Shown here piece after piece: positions 53,705 through 64,000 of a stretch of DNA of 64,000 nt; within the stretch, counting starts at the first letter, position 1; each line of letters starts with the position of its first letter. Origin of the DNA: Ramazzottius varieornatus (Eukaryota; Animalia; Tardigrada); the NCBI GenBank assembly GCA_001949185.1, contig BDGG01000005.1, positions 496,001-560,000 of the forward strand. Direction: 5' to 3'. The notes under the pieces were generated by a model. That model was not told the DNA's origin. It saw only the letters and a program-made list of their open reading frames with translations, and searched no databases. The translations under genes and the position numbers were made by a program.

Positions 53705-56700
53705 TCAGTCAGCCGTTGAGTGTGATCTGTGTCGAGACGATTCGACAGGTGGCGCCCCTCCTTGACGTGTGATGTAATGCCAGAATCGAGTCACCACAGC
53801 CGAGGAGCTGGACCCAATCCGCCCCAGCACGTTTCTTCCTTGTCCATCAACGGCGTCCTGAAAAGAAAGGAACATATATTAACTCTCAGCCGTTTGAAGT
53901 TTCGCAAAGCTGGACAAGAAAGAAAAGGCACGTTGTTGGCCGTTGGTCTGGCCGAAAGTTCCCAGACGCTTCAAGCGTTCGGTTTTCAAAGACAACGTTC
54001 AAAAGCTTGAAATTGTTATCCACACAGCGTCTCAATGGTGGTCTAACAAGTTTAAAAGGATTCTGTAACGACTGCGATAATTTTCTCACGTTTAACCCGA
54101 GTCAAGATACCTTGCTTGAGTCGTACTGTATTGCGAGGCGCTTTGAATATTCATTAAATCGACGAAACGCACTGGGGTATTTTTGAATTGGCCAACGCCC
54201 AATACTAACGTCCCAGCAAAGCCTTTCTTCGAGAGCATAAGGTTTCGCTCCAAAGCGATAGTTTTCGAATTTGAGTGTTTGATCAAAACGGCGAACAGCA
54301 GTTTGGCGACACGTGTGTCAGTGTGTGTGTGGGACGACTTGTGATAACATGTTTGAAGTTGATTTTAAATCCGTCATTAGAGGACTTCAGCACGCGTCAA
54401 GCCCACGACTTTGAACATCTTCACTCTGTTTATTCGACTGGGTAAATTTGCACTTGAAAGGTATAATCAGAGATGGAATCAGCCACTTGATAATCATAAG
54501 TCAACGCAGGTGCGGACATACGACCGATCGCGAGGGACCTTTTAAGGGCATCAATCTCATATCTGCCTTGACTCTTCATATTTGACATCTCTTCTTTCCC
54601 TTAGTCAAACATTTTCCACCGTAATCACATTATGTCTCCAAACAAAAGAACAAGTTTTGATAGGCCCCATCTTTCGCCCAAAATATCCAGTCTTCCCTCA
54701 CACTGTTCATGTCCTGTTTTGCCATCCCGCACTAATTTATATCCGTTCACTTAACCCAAACTGCCTCCTAATAAACCTTCACGACCAGAAGGCGCTCTTC
54801 CGGAAATCCTTCATCATTTAATTAGCCAATTATTGTGTGCGCTATTATACGCTGTTAGAAGACCATCCTAGTTATCACTTCCGTGTTGACATAATGTGAT
54901 TGAAAAGGGAACCGAAACAATCGATTGTTATTCTAATGCCCAACATAGCGAATTGTATCATCGTGTCTTTCTTTTCAGTGACTGTGCCACCGTCCAGTAT
55001 GGTTTTTCCCATGAAACACCCACCCGAATCACAAAATGGGTAGTCAATCAAATATCCCGCTTATCAAAGCACATCGAAGCGCATCAAAGCGGGATACTGC
55101 TTCGAAGCGGGGTGAAGCGGAGTAAATAAATTAAATTGTGACATTTCCGATGTGCTTGACTTGCTCCTGATTACCATCGACGATGGGCAACTCCCTCTTT
55201 TGACTAAGCGTTAACAGCCCTTCGAACGCCGTTCAAATTCAGTTTAAAGACTTCGCAACACATGTTGCAAATGTGTAACTGCTAAGCAAACATTTCACTC
55301 TTGACAGACGAAGCGAGACGACGTTTCAACTTTCAAGTCGTAAAAGCGCGGCTTCTCAAACGTCATATCTATATTGAAGAGCTGGTCAGCGGCAGTCAAT
55401 ACGGAAGGTGGTTCTATGTTTGTGATGTCAAGCGAGGGATATGACTTTTGTAACGACAGCGGCATTTTGTTGTCATCCTAAGAACGGTTTGGGGATAAAC
55501 AAACAGCTTCCGCCCACCAACTGATGACCGAAGAGAAGATATTTGCGCATCGAAAAATAGTTGCAGTGCTTACCGTAGTCTGGAACATTTGCAGGTCAAA
55601 TTCGTCGCCAATCTGGGCCAGTCGACAGGCGATGCGGTACTCGAGCTTCTTCATCCGCGTCGCGTCGGCCTCCGACAGGGTTCGCTTTCTTCGTGGGCGC
55701 AGACCGGAAGTGACGATGTCGGGCAGGTCCCAGCTGGCTTCTTCGTCTCGAAACATGTCGGGCGAGTGAGACGCGGTCGAGGAAGCTCCGTCATCGCTGA
55801 ATGGCTCATCTTCGTGTGCGCGATTTAAGTGAACGGCTTTATGCGGAGAAGGACCCATGTCGGGAGCCTCACCGTCGATCGCGTCACCTGCCACCAGAAA
55901 AACTGTTAAAACAATAATGAAAATCAAGTCGTAACTTTTAGAAAAATACATTGCCAGGTGGATCAATTTGAAAGGGGTTCGAGGAGGGACGACAAGTGGA
56001 CAAGTGAGTGGACATTGGGGCGAGCAATTATGACGGCCGCACGTGCATTTCGACCGGCGATTGACAGCTGGCGCCTACTGCATCTCAATTGGAATTGGTC
56101 AACATTATCATTTATCGTCAAAATCCTCTTTATATGTTTTATGGCGGAGTGAGGATCTCTTCGCATTGTCTGCTGATACTGTGGATTGCTCGGCGGTTAC
56201 GAAACTTGTTGTTGCTCATCTTACGGCATCGAAGTGCGCCACTATACTAACAGTTGATATCTTCTGTCAAAGAGGTGAAATTTGAGCAGCTGCTTTTCAG
56301 ATGCCTTATGCAAGATTAGACCGACTCGCATGTCCATCACGAAAACTTCATCGATGCCCTTTTCTGTCGTCTGTCCATCGAACAAAGGAGAAAAACAACC
56401 TGTTTGCGCAAAGTACGAATCAGAGCGGTTGCCGTACTTAATTATCCTAGCACAGCCGAACTTCCGTGGCTAAAGCTGCCTTAACCGCGGCGAAAAGGAA
56501 GAAAACTACACCGCTGACAAAGTGCCGCTAATTAGCGTGTTTACTTCCGACTGCTGGTGCTACCTTTCCCGTTTGAGTCATCGCAGAGTGATTATATCTG
56601 CTCGGATGAACCTCTTCAACAGACGGAGAGAAGCAGCTAATCGCCAATGCACTTGTTGTTTTCTTGTCCTACTAATCCCGTCTTCTGGGTTCTGGGTTCT

Positions 56701-57420
56701 GGCGCCTTTCAACCTTGCACCTGTCGATCGATGAAACATAAGAGCAGCACGGACAATCACAGAGTGACACTGAAATGAGCAGACTCTGATCTCATTGCAC
56801 TATGTAAATAAACCTACAGGTTGTCCTTGTTACCATTATCCCTTGGCCGTCATATCATGCGGATTAGTCATGCAAAATTACAGTAGAAAAGAGAACTTCC
56901 ATCACTATGTAAATAGAATGGAGGCTCGGTACTTACTGTGGAAGGAATTTTCCCGTTGCGCATCGAGCTCTTCCAAAGAGTGGTCCGCCGCTTGTGTTCG
57001 AAAGTTCTCCCAGAAGAGACTCAGTGAGGGACGACTTAATAGATGACGGCGCATCGTCAGCGAAGATCCAGCCCAGATGCAGGCATCAAACGGGAAGTTA
57101 GAAGCTCGGGAAGGACCGAATAACAGTGGTGATTTGGAGCGGACTGTGACGCTCAACTGAAGGTCCAGCTTGACTTCCGGTTGGAGACGACTACGGTCTT
57201 CGTCGGCCAGCATCATGATGTGACTGAAGTCCGGGTCAACGGAAAGATTGTCCTGTTCTTCATCCGAGGTAGTTAACCAAAAGTCAGCGTCACCTGTGGA
57301 CGGGAAGAAGCGAGTGTTGGGAGGGCAGAAGAATCCACGAGGAGAACCATAGCCACTTTCGTCAGTGTGAGCAGGAGAAACAGGAACGGCGTCGAAGGAC
57401 TTGTTGGGCAGATCAGACAT
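53705..57420 (-). CDS. Candidate BH3-only protein (BIM/BAD-like); exons 57420-56937, 55887-55574, 53857-53705; ~316 aa
   Basis: BH3 motif LEYRIACRLAQIGDEFDLQM in a low-complexity S/P/D-rich protein with no BH1/BH2. Donors are GTAAGT (56936) and GTAAGC (55573), acceptors are pyrimidine-rich CAG, and phases match (1 and 0). A 5'-UTR acceptor lies 12 nt before the ATG. Confidence 0.78.
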
Positions 57421-58644
57421 AGTTGATGCTAGCTGCAACTAGTATAGAAGAGGAGGGGTCAACAGTGCTCATCATATTGCACGTAATGAATTGGTTTCAC
57501 TGAATCCACTCACAGTTGGCTCACTTGGGAAACTGGTACATGAAGTTCAGTGGCAGAAATCGGGAACGCGATCAGGGTTGGAGGATCCGGGAATGAACTG
57601 CATCCATCCACCTATTTCAAACACAGATATAATCGGTTTTGAACTGCAAAGTTTGCAACCCGACCGAGGAAGGAGAATGCACTGTTTATGAACTGGGGAA
57701 GTGAGAATACTCGTTCGGGTACTCGTATTCGAAGTGGAAAATGACCAGCTGACCAGGCAGACCAGACTCATATGTGCTACGACCGCCCTTCCAGCTCGTG
57801 TCAGCGAATCACCGCGAGAGATATGGAGATACAGTTTGTTACACGGTGGCAGGCGATGAGGGCATATCTCTGTGACGCAAGCAGTCGCAGGTCTTCCGTA
57901 GTTCTTCGGTGTTCTTCAACTTCTTTGCGGAGGGCTTTCTGCAGTCTTTCCCGCCGTTGTCAAATAAACTTTTGGAAGTCCGGTTTTTGAGGTCCTGAAA
58001 TATTTTCTGCGGCTGAATTACTTGAAGGTGCACACAAAAGATTTATTTACGGCAGTTTTACGCTGTGCTGAATCCCAGTTCAGGAGGTTTTGACGAACTA
58101 CGTACTTCTCGTCGGCTATCAGGGCAGACATATCCGGGATGACAAGGGTAGAGATTTCGATTCGGATATCCATAGAATTAAGCCCTTCATGACACAATTC
58201 AGATCACTAAGAGGTCTCAGATATTCATCTTCCCCAAGGTTGTGTTTAGGCGGGATTTGGCGCAGCATTGCGCTCATCTAGCTGGGCCTTTAACTACGTA
58301 ATCGATCCCCCAGTTAAGCATACTACAGTTTCAGGTTGGTTTCGGAGGACCTTGACGTCTGAATGCCGGCACCTCTGCTTCCCAGCTCGTTTCAACCTCG
58401 ACAAAGTCCACTGTCCCTGCAGAGAAAGTGAACTTTAACCTCGGCTAACTTAACTTCCGAACAAATACAAAAATCCAACCGTCGACTGAGCAAAGCGTCC
58501 ATACATTCACAGAACTGACTTCTCGTGGGTGAGTGGACAAAACCTATGTTGACACGGAATTTGTGTAATTTTCCAATTTGACGGATATGGTTGATTAGTT
58601 TGCCCACTGGTATAACCGCGCTTTAAACTGTCCCTTTTGACGCG

Positions 58645-59150
58645 TGCAATTCGATGCTTGTTATCGTCATGATTAATAGTCAAAATGTTCGGAAGACCGT
58701 ACCAAATGGTGGCACCCGTCGCCCGGTCGTAAAACCCTCTTTCGAAAGATGGACGATCGATGGGCAACTCACAGCTTGTAGTGAGAGCGACGACGTCCAT
58801 GCAAACCGCCGATCAATTCATTTTCCGTCCTGTAATGACCACTCCATCGCTTTGCCAAAAGATCTTTCGACTGCACATTCTATCATATCGCTACCAGGCA
58901 GGAAATCTCCTATCATCAAACTAAGGGAATGGTCCGAGCGCCGCTGTGCGTGGCTAGTGCCAGCTTCCGCTTGGATGATGGATAGGTCATGTACCTTTGC
59001 ATCCAACAAATTTCTGTACCACCATCGGTAGATATTGGTCTGCTAATCCGCTGTTCACCCTGTCACACGATCTGTGTCAAACGACACAACTTTTCATACA
59101 GGCTATTTCTGCGGTTGGTCCCACGCCTGTCCGACACGTGTGCTTCGGCT
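58645..59150. repeat. Dispersed direct repeat, block C copy 2, upstream of the BH3-only gene
   Basis: Collinear ~500 bp similarity to 50770-51270, with indels. Confidence 0.9.
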
Positions 59151-59730
59151 CACGGAAACCTGTTATGTCTGTCGCTGGTTTGTGTGCAGATTTTCTGCAC
59201 ACAAATGACAAATTTAAAGAGACGCGCCAAGGAACCCATATGTTATTTTGGTAAACTTCCCTTTCCGGGTACCAGACTAGAGTCACTGGACTACCAGTTG
59301 GAAGCCAAGTGGCACCACCTCTGATTACCCTCGGGGTAACTACCCCAGCAGCCCAGCGACTGGGTAATTTACAGCGTGCGAAAATTCAATCAACCGCTCA
59401 TATTTGCACTCTCACATTTCAATGCTCACATTACACATGTGCACTGGTTTGATTGATCTGAAAGTCACATAAGACTTTTGATTTGCTTCTTAACCGGAAA
59501 TTCATCCCCAGTCTACTTAGCAAAGCTGCATGACCAATATTAATAAGCTCGATCTAGCTGCAGGATTCTTCAGTTCTCCTGCATCTGTGCGAGCATAGAG
59601 CGGACGTCTTCCGGAGAATTTATCTTATCGGTATACCGCACTTCGGTTTCGTCGATAACGTCAGTTTACTGCAACTACAGAGAGACCGACAGTACGTACC
59701 TGGCAGGCTGGCGACGCGTTCAAGGTGTGT

Positions 59731-59864
59731 AGTGTACTGTAATTGCTTCATGAACTTGGCGAACTGACGTCAGAGTAAGCGTACAGTTTACGGGTACGAT
59801 GACGCATACAGCATGCGTTTACAATGACGCCATTCGCCAAGTTCATGAAGCATTACAGTATACT
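59731..59864. mobile_element. MITE-like element with ~41 bp inverted repeats, core flanked by TA, just upstream of the rhodanese ATG
   Basis: Left agtgtactgtaattgcttcatgaacttggcgaactgacgtca versus reverse complement of right agtatactgtaatgcttcatgaacttggcgaatggcgtca; termini TA|CTGTAA...TTACAG|TA. Confidence 0.72.
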
Positions 59865-59957
59865 GTAAATGTATACTGCCCTAACGGGCTTAATGATCCT
59901 TGCAGTCACCTCGAGTACATCGTCGGAAGTGTCATTTTTACAGCGTGAGGACTCAAG

Positions 59958-60835
59958 ATGTCATGGACTGTTAGTAGGTGCTTACAAGGATATCTGAGAA
60001 GCGCTTCTTTCTCTCCTCGGTGGGTGCGACCATGCTCCAAAGAGTTTCATGCGGATGCGAAGCTCAGCAGGAAAAGGAACGCGCATAGTCCACTTCTGTT
60101 CAGACGTGCTGGCGTCATTCCCTATTCCGTTTGTAGCCCGTATTTGCCCAAACTGACTCCTACCCTCGGTTATCGACTCGCTGGGACTGCACCAGGTATG
60201 CTAATGTTGGTCTAACGTCTTTCTTTCTATTTGGCGCGATATTGCGAGAGACTCAAGTCGTATTGCCCACTTGACTTCGCGCAGCGGTAATGGCATTCTC
60301 CTTTCAGTGAGCCACAGCTCGACAGAAATGGTAAATCCGGATGATATCGTTTCCTACGAGTATGTGAAGGAACTCGCAGAAAGTGGTAAAGGAATTATTA
60401 TTGACGTGCGTCGGCCGGAAGAAAGGGACACTGATGGTTCCATACCCTCAACCGTCAATATCCCTTGTACGAAAAGTTGGTACGAAAATTTAGACTGGTG
60501 GTCCTGACTGTTGTTTTTTTGCAGTGAACGATATTGCGGAAGCCTTCGCGATGTCTCCCGAAGAACTTTCATCGAAATACGGCCTCAACATCCATGATGT
60601 TAACGACGAAATTATCTTCCACTGTCGATCAGGAGCACGAAGTCAGCAAGCCATGGAGATCGCAAGGAATAATGGCTACCGAAGGTGAGTACTGCTTCCT
60701 GTTTTTCACGGTTACGTTTACCACATGCTGCTGTATGGAGCACAGGCCAATGAGAAGTGAAGATTATGGCCGTCTTTCAGTGCAAAGAACTACAAAGGAA
60801 GCATCACAGAATGGAACGCCAAGACAAAACGGTAG
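59958..60835 (+). CDS. Single-domain rhodanese/sulfurtransferase (TSTD-like) with putative mitochondrial presequence, 4 exons
   Basis: IIDVRRPEE..GSIPSTVNIPL, active-site IFHCRSGARS, NYKGSITEW. N-terminus is Arg/Ser-rich and poor in acidic residues. Confidence 0.88.
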
Positions 60836-61542
60836 ATGTCGTAAAGTAACTTCTTGTGATGTGACTTCCGAACCTGCATAGCTATCTCGTGACGGAGACA
60901 CACACACACACACCATACTATACGGGACGCTCTCCAAATTTCGCACGGCGAACATCATACATTTGCGTCTGTTTACGGGTAGCAGATCGAGAAACCTGTT
61001 GGTCAAAATTTCTTTCTCCGACGAGCTCGTATGCTAAACCTGGTGTCTCGAAGTTTTACCTTTCAATCCTTGTGACCAAAAACTTTATCAGTGCAAAGGT
61101 CTATTCCTAATAACCTTACAGTCCACACTCCACAGTATCCGTATAGGTGCGGAGGCAATCCGAGTAACAGATGTTCAAACATAAATATCTACCTCACAAT
61201 AAGCTCACATAATTGTGTAGACTCTACAATGGCACAACACTGTTTCACACATAGACGGAACAATTTGCAGTTGAAAGATCTGACAAACGGTTGAGATGTG
61301 CTTAAATCATTCAGAAAGTAAAATAAAATTTGTCGGTGGATATGAGAAAGTGGACAAGACAGCAGCTAGTCAAGCACAGACACAATGAGATATTACACGG
61401 ATGAGCTATACAATCAGTTCTCCGGCGACAAGAGTATGGGGGACTATAAAGTTCATGTACAGGAGCCGCAAGCAGCAACCCGCAGGGTCTTCAAGCTGAA
61501 TTGTTCTGGTGTGTGGTGTGAAGTGGAGGCGGATCGACGAGA

Positions 61543-62740
61543 TCAGTTGAATCGGAAGGATGGTTCCATAGATGACAAAATATCCCATTCGTTGTCCTCC
61601 ATGATCTGGGCGCTTGAAATTCTGGAGCTCAGAAAATATCTAGAAATGAAACTGGTTATCGGGACCTGACTGGAAAATCCCCTTCATCCGAAGTGATCAG
61701 TCTTACCCCAAGCCAGCTCCAATAACCAAGGCAAGTACGTTCGTTAGAATAAGCACCTTCCAGAAATGGGTCTTCAAGCTGGATGGCTTTTTGATGACTC
61801 GTCGTACACGATGCAATCTAACGGACAAAGAGAACGGCGATTTAGTGTTACCGCGCAGGACTTATGTAAGGTACTCTGCAAACCCTTCATAGGTGTACGC
61901 TAAAAGGTTTTCAGGCTTCACGTTACTCCGTGAACGGAAAAATGGTACGTTCAGAACGAACGTACACTTTTGCCCCGTTTTCTGTGTTATGCCATTCCCA
62001 AATCCAGTCAGTAGATCCGTCGGCGTTCACGGGATCCAGCATCTGCCGTTCAAATTCTTCGTTGCAGTCCCCACTTTCCGTAGGCGAATCCGGAGACATG
62101 GGGCTAAAAACAATAAGGAAAAAGATGTCTGGCATCGAAATTGAACTCGAAATACTTTTTGGCGAAGCGTTACAGGACGACTACCTGCTACGCTTGCTTT
62201 GGTAGAGGCTCTGTCGAGCAGAGTTTTGCAGCGACTCCTTCTGGGCATCGAACAGCAAACGTTCCATGCTCGCGGATTTCTTGGCCTGTGTGGAGTTGTA
62301 CTGAGCAGTGGACACCAGCATGGTCTCTTCCGTTTCACGTCCAGATGCCGAGGGGACAGAAAGGACTTCCCATGATTCAGTGGATTCTGCAGAATGGTAA
62401 AGGTCCTTTTAAAGTTTGTAAACAGTGAGTTCAAAGAGTGAGCATAACAATAATTCATTCATTCTGCTCGTCTGGATCACGACCAGAAGGTTCATCGCTT
62501 CTTTCCAGGATTCCGAGCTTATCATCTCTCCACTTATGCTGTGCGGAAGTTTAATTACAGGCACTAGTTTCTAAACCTTCGGATTCCACCTTCGTTTTCA
62601 GATCAACGAGCAACTCTCGCACGAAAAAACAGACGCTATAATAATCATTGCTGTGCTAATAATATCTCGATGGGTTTCTTCGAGTCCCGCTTACCTCTCA
62701 TTCGATCCATTTCTGGAGAGGTAGGATGAGATTTCTCCAT
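61543..62740 (-). CDS. BNIP3: BNIP3/NIX-like mitophagy receptor; exons 62740-62695, 62386-62185, 62103-61966, 61817-61707, 61639-61543; 197 aa
   Basis: N-terminal LIR ESWEVL, MERLLFDAQKES (cf. BNIP3 MEKILLDAQHES), DWIWEW (cf. DWIWDW), TM KVLILTNVLALVIGAGLGYFL with GxxxG. All four introns are GT-AG and in phase; total 594 nt. The first exon is the least certain. Confidence 0.88.
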
Positions 62741-63035
62741 GGATCGCTTGGCTAGCTGGTCCCCACACTTACAGATGATAGCCGAAGGTTGAAGGATTTG
62801 CAAAGGAGGTAATTTGATCGATAAGGTCAAATCGAATATCAAATCGAAAGAAGTTTCTCCATTCGAACGCAGTGTTTGTGTTTTTGAATGAGCTTTGTTT
62901 TGATTTTTCGAGCAAGTAATCGATCGGTCGGGAGAGCAAGTATGTGATTGGCTCAACCATGCGCATTGTGCGGAACCACTAGGGTAGCAAAGATATAAAT
63001 CAATCTGTGATGTGGTGGATTTGGCAACAGCTGTG

Positions 63036-63072
63036 CACGTCTTCCACCACGCGCAACGTGTATTAGACACGC
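63036..63072. promoter_or_regulatory. Cluster of four RCGTG (HIF response element core) motifs in the divergent BNIP3/NCKAP1 intergenic region
   Basis: CACGT 63036, CACGC 63048, ACGTG 63056 and CACGC 63068: four cores within 37 bp, about 300 bp upstream of the BNIP3 ATG. Confidence 0.45.
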
Positions 63073-63351
63073 CGTTTTTGTCATGAAAGATTTGGGTCAG
63101 GAAGTACTATACCTCTAGTGCCGACACAGAACATACTGTAGTAACTGTAGTTGCTACCATAGATCTACGTTGCTACTTCCCACGAGTGGGATTCGTCCTG
63201 CGGCTTCTGCTTCGTTCTTCCGGGGTACGTTGGCCACTTATTAGTCCTGCGACTAGCATCTTGCATACCCTCGCGTTCACCCCTGTTGCGGGATACTGTT
63301 GGATATCACCTTGGTGGGATGCGACGCGCGTAACTAACTGAACCACTCGCC

Positions 63352-64000
63352 ATGGCTCGAGCTCTCATTCCGGGACATCAGAAGCTAGCGGAGAAGCTAA
63401 CCATCTTAAACGATCGCGCTCAGGGAATGCTAACTCGCTTATACAATATCCGAAAGGTATGGTATTGAACGTGCAGCGTATTTCATATTCCCGTTCTCGG
63501 TACAGGTAGCGTTTCATTCCGCTGTGTTACAGGCCTGCCTGGATCCGGAATCCAAACCAAAGTTTCTACAGGACAAGCAACTGGAAGCAGCAATCCGTCA
63601 TATAGAAAAGAAGTTTCCAGCAATCAATGCAAAGTCGAGTGGGGTAAGACTTGCTGCGTCCAGTGTTGTATGCACGTAGCAGCTTCTCTAGTGTCTCTGA
63701 TTCAGAGCGTGTTTGGGTACTTGGGACAAATTCGAGCGGAAGTATCGAAGAACCTATCGATTTACTACGATACCTTCGTGGACATTCTCGAATTCAAAGA
63801 CCATGTCAGCGAGCTTCTTACGACCATGGATGCCTGTCAGCTGATACTGGACATAGTAAGAAATCTCCTGAATGAAATTGACGTGTTTTGAATCACTGGT
63901 GCTATCAGTCTACTATTTGTTTTACAGACTTGCAATCACGATGTCACCACTCGGTACTTGGAGCTGGTTACAAAGTATGTCTCGCTGATGATCCTTCTGT
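63352..64000 (+). CDS. NCKAP1: Nck-associated protein 1 / Hem (WAVE complex), 3' truncated by the window
   Basis: [26 protein letters not shown]|[36 protein letters not shown]. Confidence 0.96.

Noticed and set aside
59320-59350. Small GC hairpins (ggggtaactacccc) as a Helitron 3' end
   Set aside because: No CTRR terminus at the expected distance and no matching 5' end identified.
61923-62135. DWIWEW exon as an Atg10-like or stand-alone gene
   Set aside because: It splices in phase with LIR, MERLLFDAQKES and GxxxG-TM exons, which identifies BNIP3/NIX.

Overview
Gene-dense eukaryotic DNA from a compact invertebrate genome. Most introns are short (55-110 nt, GT-AG), and the proteins look ecdysozoan/panarthropod; I cannot fix the species from sequence alone. 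The ORF track is fragmented by introns, so gene models were assembled by hand from splice signals and reading-frame phase. Gene order: otopetrin (+, 5' partial), hormone-sensitive lipase (-), GH35 beta-galactosidase (+), VPS41 (-), EAF (+), DUF4140/DUF4139 protein (+), renalase (+), aldo-keto reductase (-), Elongin C (+), chondroitin polymerizing factor (+), calcitonin/DH31-type class B GPCR (-), acetyl-CoA synthetase (+), multidomain Bcl-2 protein (+), a degenerate local repeat zone, a candidate BIM/BAD-like BH3-only gene (-), a rhodanese (+), BNIP3/NIX (-), and NCKAP1/Hem (+, 3' partial). The main finding is a ~17 kb stretch (46.1-62.7 kb) with three structurally different Bcl-2-network genes. 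Two of them (the BH3-only gene and BNIP3) only become visible after splicing. Secondary findings: alternative GPCR C-tails, an AKR with a catalytic Asp->His change, a cluster of HIF core motifs upstream of BNIP3, and several MITE-like inverted-repeat elements.
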